A DNA stretch of 64,000 nt from an uncultured Planctomycetaceae bacterium (GCA_963785305.1 CAWAUV010000006.1:64001-128000), one strand, 5' to 3'; positions 11,891 to 23,963 are shown, numbered from the stretch's first letter. Translations and numbers: made by a program. The notes: generated by a model from the letters alone, not told the origin.

Positions 11891-13353
11891 TTCAAGTTTC
11901 GCGTTTTTTGCTAGCGGACCCCGACCGTAGCGGGGATTGAAAAACAGGGTGAGCCTCCCTCACGATGCAGGTGTTGTTCAAACACTGCTTCGCTCGGGAG
12001 GCTCACATGAATCTTGTTAGCTCGTTTGCGGTTTTGTTGCAAGAGTTGGCTGTCGTCATGACCGAGCCGACGTTCCAGAATTTTGTGGTCCTCGCCACGG
12101 GCTGGGTGTTCGCGCCGCGGCGCACCGTGACGAATCTGCTGCTGGCGGCCGGCGTGTCTGGCCAGCGGCATCATTCCGCGTTTCATCGTTTTTTCTCGGA
12201 AGCCAACTGGTCTCGCGATGCGTTGGGGCTGGCTGTCTTTCGACTGATCGAGTCGTTGTGTGGCGAAGGCGTGCTGCTCGCGCTCGACGACACATTGGCC
12301 CGCAAGCGTGGACTGAAAATGTTCGGGACCGGGATGCATCACGATCCGCTGCTCTCCAGCCGCAGCCATGTGGTGACCAATTGGGGGCACTGTTGGGTCG
12401 TGCTGTGCGTGGTGGTCCGCTTTCCCTTGTGGCCCGAGCGACCTTTCAGCCTGCCGATCTTGTTTCGCTTGTATCTGAACAAGAAACGGGCGGCGAAAGA
12501 ACGTCGCGTCTATCGCAGCAAGCCCGAGTTGGCGGTGGAGTTGCTGCGAATTCTCTGCAAACACCGGGCGAATCGGCGATTTCATGTGGTGGCGGACTCC
12601 GCCTATGGCGGGCAGAGCGTGCTGGGCCAACTGCCGACCAACTGCGACTTGACCAGCCGCTTGCGGCTGGACGCTCGGTTGTTCGACGCGCCACAGGCGG
12701 CGCAGTCTGGACGGAAAGGACGCCCGCGCAAGCGTGGCGCCCAGCTTCCCACGCCCGAGCGAATGCTCGACGAGCGTGCCCGGCGAGTGGAGCTTCATAT
12801 CTATGGCCGCCATGAGTTGGCCCGGCTGTGCGAAGCGGTGGGGCGCGTCTTCGCGTTGCCGGAGCGCGCGTTGCGGGTGGTGGCCGTGGAGGCGTTGGCC
12901 GGCGGTCGTGGTCGCGAAGCTTTTTACTCGACGCGCGTCGACGCCACGGCCGAGCAGGTGCTGACTTGGTATGCGATGCGGTGGAGCGTGGAAGTCACAT
13001 TCCGCGAAAGCAAGCAGCACTTGGGCTTCGAAGAGCCGCAAGGTTGGACTCGCCAGGCCGTCGAGCGCACGGCGCCGATGGCGATGCTGCTGTATAGCTT
13101 GATCGTGTGCTGGTACTGTCGGGAAGGTCATCGTCATTACCGTCAACTATTGCGGCCGTGGTACACGACCAAGACTCACGAATCATTCGCCGACATGTTG
13201 GCGACGCTACGTCGGTGTAGCCTGAAAGAATCCGTTTCCGCGTGGGCGCCACAAGGACCAGGAAGTCGAAAAATCATCCAGTTGGTCGAGAATATCCTGG
13301 CAATCGCCGCATAATACCCGCGCCGCTTGCTAGCAAAAAACGCGAAACTTGAA
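11891..13353 (+). mobile_element. IS701-like (DDE) insertion sequence, 1463 bp
   Basis: 25-bp perfect IRs TTCAAGTTTCGCGTTTTTTGCTAGC; 5-bp TSD CTTCC; single transposase; family assignment from motif recall. Confidence 0.93.
11965..13314 (+). CDS. DDE transposase (IS701-like)
   Basis: LALDDT, VVADSAYG and YAMRWSVEVTFRESKQHLG catalytic motifs; ORF intact; true start may be ATG at 12007. Confidence 0.92.
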   Translation: MQVLFKHCFAREAHMNLVSSFAVLLQELAVVMTEPTFQNFVVLATGWVFAPRRTVTNLLLAAGVSGQRHHSAFHRFFSEANWSRDALGLAVFRLIESLCGEGVLLALDDTLARKRGLKMFGTGMHHDPLLSSRSHVVTNWGHCWVVLCVVVRFPLWPERPFSLPILFRLYLNKKRAAKERRVYRSKPELAVELLRILCKHRANRRFHVVADSAYGGQSVLGQLPTNCDLTSRLRLDARLFDAPQAAQSGRKGRPRKRGAQLPTPERMLDERARRVELHIYGRHELARLCEAVGRVFALPERALRVVAVEALAGGRGREAFYSTRVDATAEQVLTWYAMRWSVEVTFRESKQHLGFEEPQGWTRQAVERTAPMAMLLYSLIVCWYCREGHRHYRQLLRPWYTTKTHESFADMLATLRRCSLKESVSAWAPQGPGSRKIIQLVENILAIAA

Positions 13354-13585
13354 CTTCCTGTTCGCCGGCGTGATTGCCGCAATGGCGGAAGCGAATTGAC
13401 ACTGCGGCTGGGGCCATGAAAAACTTGAAAGGTCGTGATATGATAATCCATCTGGCGATTAAATTCACCCGGCCGCCTGGGTTCTTGACCGAAGCAGTCT
13501 CGAATATCCGCGTGTGGTTTCGCCAGCCGCGTTTTGATCCTCCAGTCCTCGCCAATGCCCTCGTCCGAAAGTCGAAACACCGTTC

Positions 13586-14632
13586 ATGTCCTATTTTCGG
13601 CCCGAAATCGAACGCATGGCCGGTTACGCGCCCGGCGAGCAGCCGCAAGGCGGCAAGTTCATCAAGCTCAACACCAACGAATGCCCCTACCCGGCCTCGC
13701 CGGCCGTGGCCCGAGCCATTGCCGCCACGCTCGAGCGCGGCCTGGCTCGATATCCCGACCCAACGGCCGACGCTTTCCGCCGCCGCGCTGGCGAGGTGCT
13801 CGGGTTCGAACCCAATTGGATTCTATGCGGCAATGGCAGCGACGACCTGCTCACGATCGTGACTCGCGCCTTCGTGGGCCAAGGCCAGTCGCTGCGGTTG
13901 CCCTACCCGAGCTATGCTCTTTATCGCACTCTCGCCCAACTGCAGGGCGCCGAGCCCGAGGATGTCCCTTTCCACCGGGACTGGACTCTGGGCGATGATT
14001 TTGCCCGCGCGAGCGACCGGCTGCGGCTGGTGTTCCTGCCAAATCCGAATAGCCCCAGCGGCACGGTGCTGCCGCCGGAGCGGGTCTTGGAACTTGCGGA
14101 ACAATTACCCTGCCCGCTGGTGGTCGATGAGGCTTATGCCGATTTTGCCGACGCAAACTGCCTGGAGCTCGTGCGGCGGTCGGAAAAGATCATCGTCACG
14201 CGCACCCTGAGCAAGTCGTATGCTTTGGCTGGGCTGCGATTCGGCTTCGCGGTGGCGCAGCCGCGGGTGATCGAGCAGCTTGTGAAAGTAAAAGATTCGT
14301 ACAATGTCGACTCGCTCTCGATCGCCGGCGCTACCGCCGCGATCGACGATCAGGTCTGGCTGGCCGAAAACCTGGCCAAGATTCGCGCTACCCGAAGTCG
14401 ACTGCTCGAGGGCATGCGGCGGCTGGGCTTCGCCTCGGTCGAGTCGCATGCCAATTTTGTTTGGAATCCGCATCCCGACCTGCCGGTCAAGCCGCTTTAC
14501 GAACGACTCAAAGCCAGCCAAGTGCTGGTGCGATATATGAACTATCCCGGCTGGGGCGACGGGCTGCGAATCTCGGTCGGCAGCGACGAGCAGATCGAAG
14601 CCTGCCTCGGCCTGTTGAAGAGTTTTATGTAA
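13586..14632 (+). CDS. hisC: Histidinol-phosphate aminotransferase
   Basis: [41 protein letters not shown]. Confidence 0.97.
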   Translation: MSYFRPEIERMAGYAPGEQPQGGKFIKLNTNECPYPASPAVARAIAATLERGLARYPDPTADAFRRRAGEVLGFEPNWILCGNGSDDLLTIVTRAFVGQGQSLRLPYPSYALYRTLAQLQGAEPEDVPFHRDWTLGDDFARASDRLRLVFLPNPNSPSGTVLPPERVLELAEQLPCPLVVDEAYADFADANCLELVRRSEKIIVTRTLSKSYALAGLRFGFAVAQPRVIEQLVKVKDSYNVDSLSIAGATAAIDDQVWLAENLAKIRATRSRLLEGMRRLGFASVESHANFVWNPHPDLPVKPLYERLKASQVLVRYMNYPGWGDGLRISVGSDEQIEACLGLLKSFM

Positions 14633-14673
14633 TTGCATGCGTGGAAAGAAACTTTAGATCGAACAAGCGTCCC

Positions 14674-15267
14674 ATGGCTCGCATTGCCCGCATCACGCGA
14701 AAAACCGCCGAAACCGAGATCGACCTCGAACTGAACCTCGATGGCTCGGGCCAGTCGAGCATCGCGACCGGCGTCGGTTTCTTCGACCACATGCTCACGC
14801 TCCTGGCTCGCCACGCCGCGATCGACCTCACGGTGCGCGCCCAGGGCGATTTGCATGTCGATCAACATCACACGGTCGAAGATGTGGGCATCGCCCTGGG
14901 GCAGGCGATTCGGCAAGCGCTCGGCGAAAAGGCCGGCATCCGTCGCTATGGCCACTTCACCGCGCCGATGGAAGAAACGCTCGTGACCACGGCGATCGAT
15001 CTGAGCGGGCGCTATTTCCTGCTGTTCGACGTAAAATTCCCCAGCCCCAAGATCGGCGATTTCGATAGCGAACTGGTCGAGGATTTTTGGCAAGCCACCG
15101 CGGCCAACGCGCTTTGCAATCTGCATGTGCTGCTGCACCACGGTCGCAACAGCCACCACATCAGCGAAGGGGTGTTCAAGACCACGGCCCGCGCCCTGCG
15201 CATGGCGGTGGAAAGCGATCCGCGGATGAGCGGCGTGCCGAGCACCAAGGGCACATTGAGCGGTTGA
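14674..15267 (+). CDS. hisB: Imidazoleglycerol-phosphate dehydratase
   Basis: [28 protein letters not shown]. Confidence 0.97.
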   Translation: MARIARITRKTAETEIDLELNLDGSGQSSIATGVGFFDHMLTLLARHAAIDLTVRAQGDLHVDQHHTVEDVGIALGQAIRQALGEKAGIRRYGHFTAPMEETLVTTAIDLSGRYFLLFDVKFPSPKIGDFDSELVEDFWQATAANALCNLHVLLHHGRNSHHISEGVFKTTARALRMAVESDPRMSGVPSTKGTLSG

Positions 15268-15446
15268 GAAGTCGCCCGGGTCTGGCGGAGCGCAATGATG
15301 CCCCGCGTGGGTTTTCCGCCCGTTTTTCGCATTGACATTGCTCTGGCTCCGACGCGCGAGCTGTGCTAGAGTCTGGCCCGGATTGCCGAGGTTTTGAGTT
15401 CTTCCCGCCGCGCACCGGCGGCCTAGATTTCCCACCCCGACCAAGG

Positions 15447-16160
15447 ATGGTCTCTCGCATGGATTCCCCTCGCGCCAAGGCCGGCTCGCGCGCCGCGAAA
15501 TTACGAGCAACCGGTCCCGCGTCCACGCCCGGCGGTTTGTTGCGCATCGACCCCGGCTCCGATCGGCCAGCGCCGCCGCGAACCAACCACGCGATTCGCC
15601 TCGTCGATATTTTGCTCGCCGGCGCTCTGCTGGTCGCCCTTGCCGCGCCGCTGCTGGTGGTGGCGTTGTTGGTGCGGCTCACGAGTCGCGGGCCCGTGTT
15701 TTATTTTCAGGAACGCGTCGGGCTGGCCGGCCGACGATTTCGGTTGATTAAATTTCGCACGATGCGCATTGATGCCGAAGAGGCCAGCGGACCGGTGTGG
15801 GCTCGCCGCGGCGACGACCGCTGCACGCCGCTCGGCCGCGTGTTGCGCCGCTACAGCATCGACGAAACGCCGCAATTCTGGAATGTGCTCCGCGGCGAGA
15901 TGAGCCTCGTCGGACCGCGGCCCGAGCGGCCCTTCTTCGTCAAGAAATTCGCCCATGAACTGCCGGGCTACATGGACCGGCACTTGGCGCCGCCGGGCAT
16001 TACCGGTTGGGCCCAGATCAACGGTTGCCGCGGCGACACCTCGGTGCGCCGACGACTCGAGCTCGATTTGGAATATGTCCGCCGGCGCTCGCTCGGGTTC
16101 AATCTTCGCATTCTTCTGCTCACCCCCTGGAAAGTCTTGGTGGACCGCAATGCGTATTAA
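15447..16160 (+). CDS. Sugar transferase (polyprenyl glycosylphosphotransferase family)
   Basis: KFRTM, SIDETPQFWNVLRGEMSLVGPRPERP, PGITGWAQING. Confidence 0.93.
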   Translation: MVSRMDSPRAKAGSRAAKLRATGPASTPGGLLRIDPGSDRPAPPRTNHAIRLVDILLAGALLVALAAPLLVVALLVRLTSRGPVFYFQERVGLAGRRFRLIKFRTMRIDAEEASGPVWARRGDDRCTPLGRVLRRYSIDETPQFWNVLRGEMSLVGPRPERPFFVKKFAHELPGYMDRHLAPPGITGWAQINGCRGDTSVRRRLELDLEYVRRRSLGFNLRILLLTPWKVLVDRNAY

Positions 16161-17914
16161 CAATGCTTGGCGACCCACATTCGAAAACGCCGGTTGGCTC
16201 GTGGTGGCCCTCGCGCTGACGATCGGACTCGAAGCCACGATCATTTCCCGGGCCGTGGCGATCAATGTCGATGGGCTCATGTTTATCGACGTGGCCCGAA
16301 ACCTGGAGCGTGATCCGCTCAAGACGATGCGCGGCCACGATCAACATCCCGGCTATCCGGCGATGATCGCGCTGGCCGAGACGCGCCATGGCGCTGGCCG
16401 GCGGCGAGCGCGGGCCGAACTTATGGACCGCGGCGACCCGGCTGGCGGCGGCGGTGTGCGGAGTGTTGAGCGTGGGCGCGATGTGGCTTTTTGCCCGGCG
16501 AATGTTCGGGCAGCAAGTGGCCAACCTCACGGCGTTGAGCATGGCGGTGCTGCCGATCTTTCGCATGAACGCCTCGGACTCGCTAAGCGACACGCCGCAC
16601 TTGGTGTTTTACCTGCTCGCGGCTTGGTGCGCCGCCGAGGGATTTACATCGGGCCGCGCTCGCTGGTGGGCGGCGACGGGGCTGGCCGGAGGACTCGCGT
16701 TTTGGGTGCGGCCCGAAGGGCTCGAAGCTCCGCTCGTGGCGGGAGTGTTGCTCGCCGCGTCGCTGGTGCTGGGACTGCGCTCGCGGCGAGAAGCGATTGG
16801 CTCGATGGCGGCCCTGGGCGCGGCGCTGATCGTGGTGGTCGGGCCCTATGTGGTGCTGGCCGGAAAGATCACGAGCAAGCAATTGCCGCTATTCAAACAT
16901 GAATCGGTTCCGCTATTCATCGTGACCGAATCGCAAGAAGCCGCGCGCATCGCGGCGAAGGAAAAGCTTCACATCGAACCCGCGGCGGTCGAGACCTCGC
17001 CCGCGGATGCTACACGCGCCGAGACTACGCCCGCCGAAACCGCGACTGCCGAGGCGGTCGCGGAGACCGCCGCGCCGCGGTCCGCGAGCATCGCCGCGCC
17101 GGCGCGTGCGGAAGTCGCGTCGTCGGCCATCTCGGGGCGCGTGGCCATGAAAGTGGCTGGCCGAGCCACGTTTACTTTCTTGCGAAACATGACCTGGGGT
17201 TTCCGCTTTGCGTTCGTGCCGCTCTATCTGCTGGGCAACTGGGAAATGCTGCGCCGCCGCGTGGCGTGGTGGAAGATCGCCCTGCCGGCCGGCATGGGCG
17301 TGCTGCATATCGCCGTGCTCTACTGGGTGTTCTTCCTTTCTGGCTATATGGATCAGCGGCATGTGATGGTGCTGGTCGCGCTGGCGCTGCCGTTTGCCGG
17401 GCTCGGCATGTGCTATGTGGCCGAAATGGCGCAGTACTATTTGCAGCCGCGAGTTTCCCAGCAAGCCGCCTTGGCCACGGTGCTCGCGCTGGCTTGCGTG
17501 GTGGTCGTGCCCCGGGCGCTCACCCCGATGAACGCCGATCTCGCGCCCGTGTTCAAGACCGCTCAATGGGTGCGCGATCACGCCGGGCCCGGCGAGGGCG
17601 TGATTTCAAACACTCCGTTCGTGGCGTTCTACGGCCAAACGTCCGGAGTGCGGCTGGCGCCCGAGACGGCGTCGATCGAAACCGCGTTGCTCGCGGGCTC
17701 GCGCGAGTTAAAGTACGACTTCGCGGTGCTCGATCTCAAAGTGGAAGGCTACCGGCCGACATGGCGCGAGCAGATCGAGCGCGAGTTCGACGAAGTGATG
17801 CGGCTCAACGACCCCAACGGCTTGGGGACCGACGTGAAGCTGCTCGTCTATCGCCGCCGAACCGCGGAAACCGCGAATGCCCAAGAAACGTCGCACGGCG
17901 CCGAACGACGCTAA
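16150..17914 (+). CDS. GT-C (ArnT/PMT-like) membrane glycosyltransferase, frameshift near 16385
   Basis: VDGLMFI...QHPGYP, LSDTPHL and VRPEG motifs; many TM segments. Confidence 0.75.
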
Positions 17915-17990
17915 TAGCCTATCCGACAACTCTCGCTCTCCCTTTGAGAGAGGGAAGGACGAGGGCTCGCGGAAATTCTCGGATAGGTAG
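17915..17990. repeat. REP-containing miniature inverted-repeat element, copy A
   Basis: Ends TAGCCTATCCGA / TCGGATAGGTAG, flanked by TAA on both sides; internal CTCTCCC..GAGAGGG-type hairpin. Confidence 0.75.
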
Positions 17991-18043
17991 TAAGCGCGAT
18001 CGAGCTCCGCCGCCGCGCATCGTCTTCTTGATCCGACGCTTTG

Positions 18044-18910
18044 CTAATGAAACAGCTCGTCGGGCAAGAACTTCATGCCTTGCACCGAGATGCGTTCCAC
18101 GTGTTCCCACGCCACGGCGCTGACCACGAATGTGCCGTCGGCCTCTTTCACGGCCACAATCGCATAGCGATCGGTCGAGGCCTCGAAAGAATACCGGTCG
18201 GGAGCAATCACCGACCCGCCGCGCAAGTGGAGCTGCACCACCATGCCGTGCGCCCGCTGCGGCCAAAGCTCCTTGAACGCTTCGGCGAGTCCGGGCGCAT
18301 TCGCGGGAATCGGCGCCGGCGAGGCCGCGGCTTGGACGCCCGAACCGGTCAGCCGCTCCAGAAAGTCGGCCGGCAGATCGGTGCGCGCCAGGCGGTTCCT
18401 CATCGTGATGTTCTTCTTCCTCGCGATGGCGCCCGTCGTCGTCGACGTCGAGATCGTGTTCCGTGACCTCCTCGAGCTCGTCGTGCCCGTCGAGTGGTGG
18501 TTCGTGGACTTCATCGGCTTGCTGCTCGGCCAGTTCTTCGTAGTCGGGAATCACGAATCGGGCATTGCAATGCGGGCACTTGCCGGCGCGACCCTGCATC
18601 GAAGGGGGGCAATTGAGCTTGTGGCCGTTGGGGCAGAGAAACACGATCAGGTTGCTGCCCGCGGCAGCCGAGTCGTCGTCGGCGCCGATTCCCTCGGCCG
18701 CCAGCGGTCCGCTATCCGAGGGGCGCTCCCTGCGGAAGCGGCGGTGCTGCCCGACGCGACTTTGCGAACCCCCGACGATGACGCCGCGGCGGCCACTTCG
18801 GCGCTTGGCACGACAAAGGTCGCGCCACACTTGGGACACTTGCCGACATTGCCGGCCCGCTCCTCGGGACAACTGAGCCGATGCCCCTGGGGACAACGAA
18901 ATTCGATCAT
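18044..18910 (-). CDS. Double zinc-ribbon hypothetical protein (frameshifted)
   Basis: Two FxCPxGHxLxCP...GKCPxC units; acidic linker; C-terminus in ORF 18044-18514. Confidence 0.7.
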
Positions 18911-19318
18911 AAGCGAATGCGTGATTTAAGAACTGGGAGTTGAAAGGCGGCGGCGATGGGGCAGGCGCCAATGAACGAGCCCCGGCGATAAGTTGAATCG
19001 AGGACAGACGCCGAATTCGGTTGCTCGCGAGCGAACTGCTCGACTCGCACTCGATCGTAACTCATGCCAGGCGCAAAGCCAATAGGATTCAGGCATTCAG
19101 TTCCCGACCAAGCCGGGAGCGGCGGCGAAAAAGCAGGAAAACCGCGCGTCGCCCTGGTGTTCGGCGGGCCACATGGCCCGGCATCGCGCGCATAAGCCTG
19201 ATGCGCCCACGGCCTGTCGAGTACTTCAACAGGCTGGCCAGCAGCGAAGGAATCTCCTCGTTGGCGCTTCGGGCTTATGTCGGAGGAATTTCCTCGCGCG
19301 CTTCGGCCTTGTGGCGCC

Positions 19319-20966
19319 TCAATGTCGGCCGCCGCCGCGTTCGTCGGTGATCGCGATGGCGGTCAGCAGGCCGCGGGCTTTGTTGAGGGTTTCTTGGAAT
19401 TCCTCGCTGGGCACGCTGTCGGCCACGATGCCGGCCCCGACTTGCACATAGCACTTGGCCTCGCCCGCGCCAGACGCCGAAGGAGCTCGCTTCGCTCCCG
19501 TCGCCTTGGCGCTTTTTGCTGGCGAGCTTGTTTCCCGCGCGCTGGTTCCTTGCATGCTCGCGGCGAGCGGCAATGTTGGGGCCACCAGGGTTCTGAGGGC
19601 AATGCAGGTGTCCATGTTGCCGTTGAAGTCGACATAGCCGACGGCGCCGGCATAGGGGCCGCGGCGGTGCGGCTCGATTTCGTCGATGATCTCCATCGCG
19701 CGGCACTTTCGGCGCTCCCGACACCGTGCCCGCCGGCAGGCAGGCCCTGAGGGCGTCGAAGGCGTCGCGGCCATCGGCCAGATGGCCGGTCACGTTCGAG
19801 GTGATGTGCATTACATGGCTATAACGTTCGATCGTCATCACATCGGTGAGCTCCACCGAGCGATACCGAGCCACGCGGCCCACATCGTTGCGTCCCAGGT
19901 CGACCAACATCACATGCTCGGCGCGTTCCTTCGGGTCGGCCAAAAGCTCGACCGCCAAGCGCCGATCTTCTTCTTCGTTGGCCCCGCGGCGGCGAGTGCC
20001 GGCCAGCGGGCGCACGGTCACGCGCCCGCCCACGACTCGCACCATCACCTCGGGCGAGCTGCCCACGAGCGTCACCCGCGGAGTGCGCAGATAAAACATG
20101 AACGGGCTCGGATTCACGACCCGCAGCGTGCGATAAATCTCGAACGGATGCGAGCGAAGCGGCAGTTCGAGCCGCTGGCTGATGACCACCTGGAATATGT
20201 CACCCGCGCGAATGTACTCCACGCATCGCTCGACCGCGCTCTCGAACGCCTCGCGAGTGAAGTTCGACCGATAGTCGAGCGACGCCGGCGAGCGCGAGTC
20301 GATATCGGCCATTTCAAGCGGCGCGGCCGAAGCGCCCGGCGAGGCGCTGGAGTCGGGCGATTGTAATTGGGCCACGAGCTGGTCGACGCGCTCTTGGGCT
20401 CGCCGGTAGGCGCTGGCGGCGTCGGCGTCGGGCGCGTCGAGCCGGGCCATGGCGACCACCACCGTGGTCTTTTGCACATGGTCGAACACGATCATGTGGT
20501 CGTAAAACGCGAAGGCCAGGTCGGGTAGATTGCGGTCGTTTTCCGGCGCGTTGGGCAAATGCTCGCAGTACCGCACCACATCGTAGCCGGCATAACCCAC
20601 GGCGCCGCTCGTGAAAGGCGGCAACTCGGGCAGCGTGGCCACGCGAATCTCGGCCACGCGGCGTCGGAGCTCCTCGAGTGGATCGTCGCAGGCAAACTCT
20701 TCCCGCCGGCCGTCGCGCGTGACATGCGTCGTGGGGCCGGTGGCCTCGACTTCGAGAAACGGATCGGCCGCGAGAAAGCTATAACGGCCCACCTTCTCGC
20801 CGCCCACCACGCTCTCGAACAAACAGGCCGACGAGCCGGCGTCGATCTTGTGAAAGGCCGATACCGGAGTGAGCGTGTCGTCGAGCAAACGGCGATAGAC
20901 TGGAATCCACGCATGCTCGCGTGCCAACTGGGCAAAGGAGTCGAAATCAGGAAAATAGCGAGTCAC
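19319..20966 (-). CDS. trpE: Anthranilate synthase component I (frameshift near 19707)
   Basis: [56 protein letters not shown]. Confidence 0.93.
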
Positions 20967-21410
20967 GAAAAACTGCCTCGAATCAACCAGCACAAAAGCC
21001 AAGAGCGCCACCGGCGCTCCGCGCTTGTAACTTTGTACGTGGAGCGGAGCGCGGTCGCAATATCGCGGAGCGCGGTCGCGGTCCCAGGTTCTCCGAAGAT
21101 CGGCGCCACCGCGGCCTCGTCGAAGGCCATGCGACTCGCGATGCCTTGCCGATCTAGGTCGGCGAGCCCAAATCGCTTTGCCTTGACAGCAGGGGGGCCA
21201 GTGATAGAATCCCCCTGGACTCTTGGAGTTAAGGCGATTGTGGCCCCCGCGCGTCGAACAGGTCGAGTGTTCCGGCGCAATCTCGCCACTCCGGGAGCGA
21301 TGGCAGGATTTCGCGGTCGTCGACCCGCGACCCATTGTCTGGTCGAGGCGGCGGGCGAATGATTGCCATGTTGCGGCATTTTTTCCCTTCCAGCGTCGAA
21401 TCGAGTCGGC

Positions 21411-21962
21411 ATGCGTTGCCAACAGTGCGATAAACCGGCCACCTATCACATCACCGAGCTCACGGGCGGCAAGCCACAAGAGCTGCATTTGTGCGAGGAA
21501 CATGCCCGGCAGTATTTGATCCAGTCCGAGGGCGAGGGCGAGTCGACGCCGACTCCGAGCTTGGCCGGCGCCCTGGCGCAGCAGCTTGCCGTGGGGCAAA
21601 CGTCGGAAGAACTGGCGCGGCTCGACCAACGGGCGTGCCCGGTATGCGGCATCACATTTTACGAGTTCCGCAATCAGGGTCGCCTGGGCTGTCCCCACGA
21701 CTATGTTTGTTTTCAAAGCGAGCTCGAGCCGCTGATCGTCAATATCCACGGCGAGACGGAGCACACCGGCAAGCGTCCGCGTCGATTTTCCGAGGGCACC
21801 GAGAGCCGCACGCAGTTGATTCGCTTGCGGCGCGAAATGAAAGAAGCGGTGGAAGCGGAGCGCTACGAGCGAGCTTCGGAGCTGCGCGATAAGATTCGCG
21901 AGACGGAAGCCGCGGACCCGCCGGCGCCACCACCGTCAACGCCACCGTCGGCGCCACCGTGA
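21411..21962 (+). CDS. mcsA: McsA, activator of the protein-arginine kinase
   Basis: CxxC motifs, GRLGCPHDY and a C-terminal UVR domain (ERYERASELRDKIR); upstream of mcsB. Confidence 0.92.
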   Translation: MRCQQCDKPATYHITELTGGKPQELHLCEEHARQYLIQSEGEGESTPTPSLAGALAQQLAVGQTSEELARLDQRACPVCGITFYEFRNQGRLGCPHDYVCFQSELEPLIVNIHGETEHTGKRPRRFSEGTESRTQLIRLRREMKEAVEAERYERASELRDKIRETEAADPPAPPPSTPPSAPP

Positions 21963-22041
21963 TCGCGAGCAGGCCAAGCTCGCCACCGCCTCCATTGTAA
22001 ACCGCGGTGGCATGTGGCTGGGTTCGCTGGCCCGCAATTAA

Positions 22042-22118
22042 CAGCCTATCCGAGATCTTCGGCGAGCCCTCGCCCTACCCTCTCCCAAAGGGAGAGGGGG
22101 GAGTTGTTGGATAGTCTC
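22042..22118. repeat. REP-containing miniature inverted-repeat element, copy B
   Basis: CAGCCTATCCGA...TTGGATAGTCTC with TAA on both sides; core CCCTCGCCCTACCCTCTCCCAAAGGGAGAGGG. Confidence 0.8.
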
Positions 22119-22332
22119 TAAATGAACCGAACATCGCCATCGTCCCGTGGCGCCCGTCGCAAAAGTGTAAAAGCCTCTTGGCGGAAACGCCCCGGTACAG
22201 CAAAATCAATGGCCGTGGACGAGCGCCTGCGCCAGAGTCCCCCAGCGGGGTTCCGCGACACCGCGCTCCCCAATACCGTTCACCCTAAATCGAGCGACCT
22301 CTGCTCGCCTTCGTGCGATGGGAATTTCAGCC

Positions 22333-23412
22333 GTGAACCTGAACGAGCTAGCTGGCGCCAGTGGTGAATGGCTACGCGGATCGGGTCCGGAATCGGATAT
22401 CGTGATCAGCAGCCGCATTCGCCTGGCGCGAAATCTGGCCGATCATCCGTTTATTTCCAAAGCGAGCCCGGCCGATCGGGCCGAGATCGAAGCCACGCTC
22501 CGCGAGCGGGTGCTCGCCATGACCGAGTTCGGCGAGCTCGACTATGTAAACGTCAACGAACTCAAGGGGCTCGATCGCCAGTTTCTCGTCGAGCGGCAAC
22601 TCATCAGCCGCGAACATGCCGAAAACGAAGGCGCCCGCGGCGTGGCGATCGATCGCCATGAGCAAGTCAGCCTGATGATCAACGAGGAAGATCATCTTCG
22701 CATTCAAGTGATGCATAGCGGGCTCGATCTCGAAGCCGCCTGGCGCCGGGGAGACCGCATCGACACGCTGATGTCCGAGCAGGTCGTGTTTGCCTTTCAT
22801 CCGTCGCTCGGATTTCTCACGGCCTGCCCCACGAACGTGGGCACCGGAGTGCGGGTGAGCGTGATGATGCACTTGCCGGCGCTGGTGATCACCCGGCAGA
22901 TCGACAAGGTATTTCGCAGCCTGCAAAAGATCAGCCTCGCCGTGCGCGGGCTCTATGGCGAAGGCTCGCAGGCGATGGGCGACTTCTATCAGATCAGCAA
23001 TCAGATCACGCTCGGCAAAAGCGAGATCGAACTCGTCAAGCAAGTGGGCGATATCGTGCCGGTGCTGATCGACTACGAACGCCGTGCTCGCGATTTTCTG
23101 ATTCGCGAAAGCCAGGAAAACCTGCACGATCGCGTGAGCCGGGCCTACGGTATTCTGCGCACCGCCCAAACGATCAGCTCCGAGGAGACCATGCACTTGC
23201 TCTCGAGCGTGCGCATGGGCGTGAACCTGGGTTTGATTCACGATGTGCAGATTCCCACGCTCAACGAGCTCTTCATTCACACCCAACCCGCGCATCTGCA
23301 AAAGCTCCGCGGAACCGAGCTCGACACGGCCGATCGCAATATCGAGCGCGCCCGATACCTTCGCCGCCATTTGAACAAGGAAAACGGCGAGCAGTCCGCC
23401 GCCAAGAACTGA
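22333..23412 (+). CDS. mcsB: Protein-arginine kinase
   Basis: SSRIRLARN, MINEEDHLRIQ, TACPTNVGTG, VRGLYGEGS. Confidence 0.96.
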   Translation: MNLNELAGASGEWLRGSGPESDIVISSRIRLARNLADHPFISKASPADRAEIEATLRERVLAMTEFGELDYVNVNELKGLDRQFLVERQLISREHAENEGARGVAIDRHEQVSLMINEEDHLRIQVMHSGLDLEAAWRRGDRIDTLMSEQVVFAFHPSLGFLTACPTNVGTGVRVSVMMHLPALVITRQIDKVFRSLQKISLAVRGLYGEGSQAMGDFYQISNQITLGKSEIELVKQVGDIVPVLIDYERRARDFLIRESQENLHDRVSRAYGILRTAQTISSEETMHLLSSVRMGVNLGLIHDVQIPTLNELFIHTQPAHLQKLRGTELDTADRNIERARYLRRHLNKENGEQSAAKN

Positions 23413-23459
23413 GCCCGGCGCGAATGCGCGCCAGCGGCGAGGGTTCGCGCCGGCGGCGT

Positions 23460-23963
23460 TCACGTCGCTTGCGTCTTGCGGCGAATGTCGGGCACGATGG
23501 CCCGGGGCACGAAGCGCGAGAGCTCCTCGTCGCCGGCCAGCACGGCGATCTGCTTGATGAGCGAGCTCGAAATATGCGAGAACTCGTTGTCGGCCATGAG
23601 AAACAGGGTCTCGATGCCGCTGTCGAGCTTGCGATTGGCGAAGCTCATGGTGAATTCGGTTTCGATATCGCCCAACGAGCGCACGCCTCGCAACATGAGC
23701 CGCGCGCCGCATGCCCGCACAAACGCCACGGCCAGCCCCGAAAACGCCCGCACCTCGACATTCTCCAAATCGCGCGTCACGCGCTCGACCAGCTCGACCC
23801 GTTCCTCGGGCGAAAACATCGACTGCTTTTCGATATTCACGCCGATGCCCACGATCAACCGGTCGACCAGCCGACTGCCACGCTGAATGACGTTTAAATG
23901 ACCGAGCGTGACGGGGTCGAACGAGCCGGTGTACACGGCGATGCGCGGATCGGACGAAGGCAT
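23460..23963 (-). CDS. coaD: Phosphopantetheine adenylyltransferase
   Basis: YTGSFDPVTLGH, LRGVRS, ISSSLIK. Confidence 0.96.
   Translation of the reverse strand: MPSSDPRIAVYTGSFDPVTLGHLNVIQRGSRLVDRLIVGIGVNIEKQSMFSPEERVELVERVTRDLENVEVRAFSGLAVAFVRACGARLMLRGVRSLGDIETEFTMSFANRKLDSGIETLFLMADNEFSHISSSLIKQIAVLAGDEELSRFVPRAIVPDIRRKTQAT

Noticed and set aside
11321..13353. Composite transposon formed by the MITE plus the IS
   Set aside because: Each has its own distinct TSD (GTCAG versus CTTCC), so they are independent insertions.
13359..13585. His attenuator leader before hisC (and a Trp leader before trpE)
   Set aside because: No His- or Trp-codon-rich leader peptide with a terminator was found.
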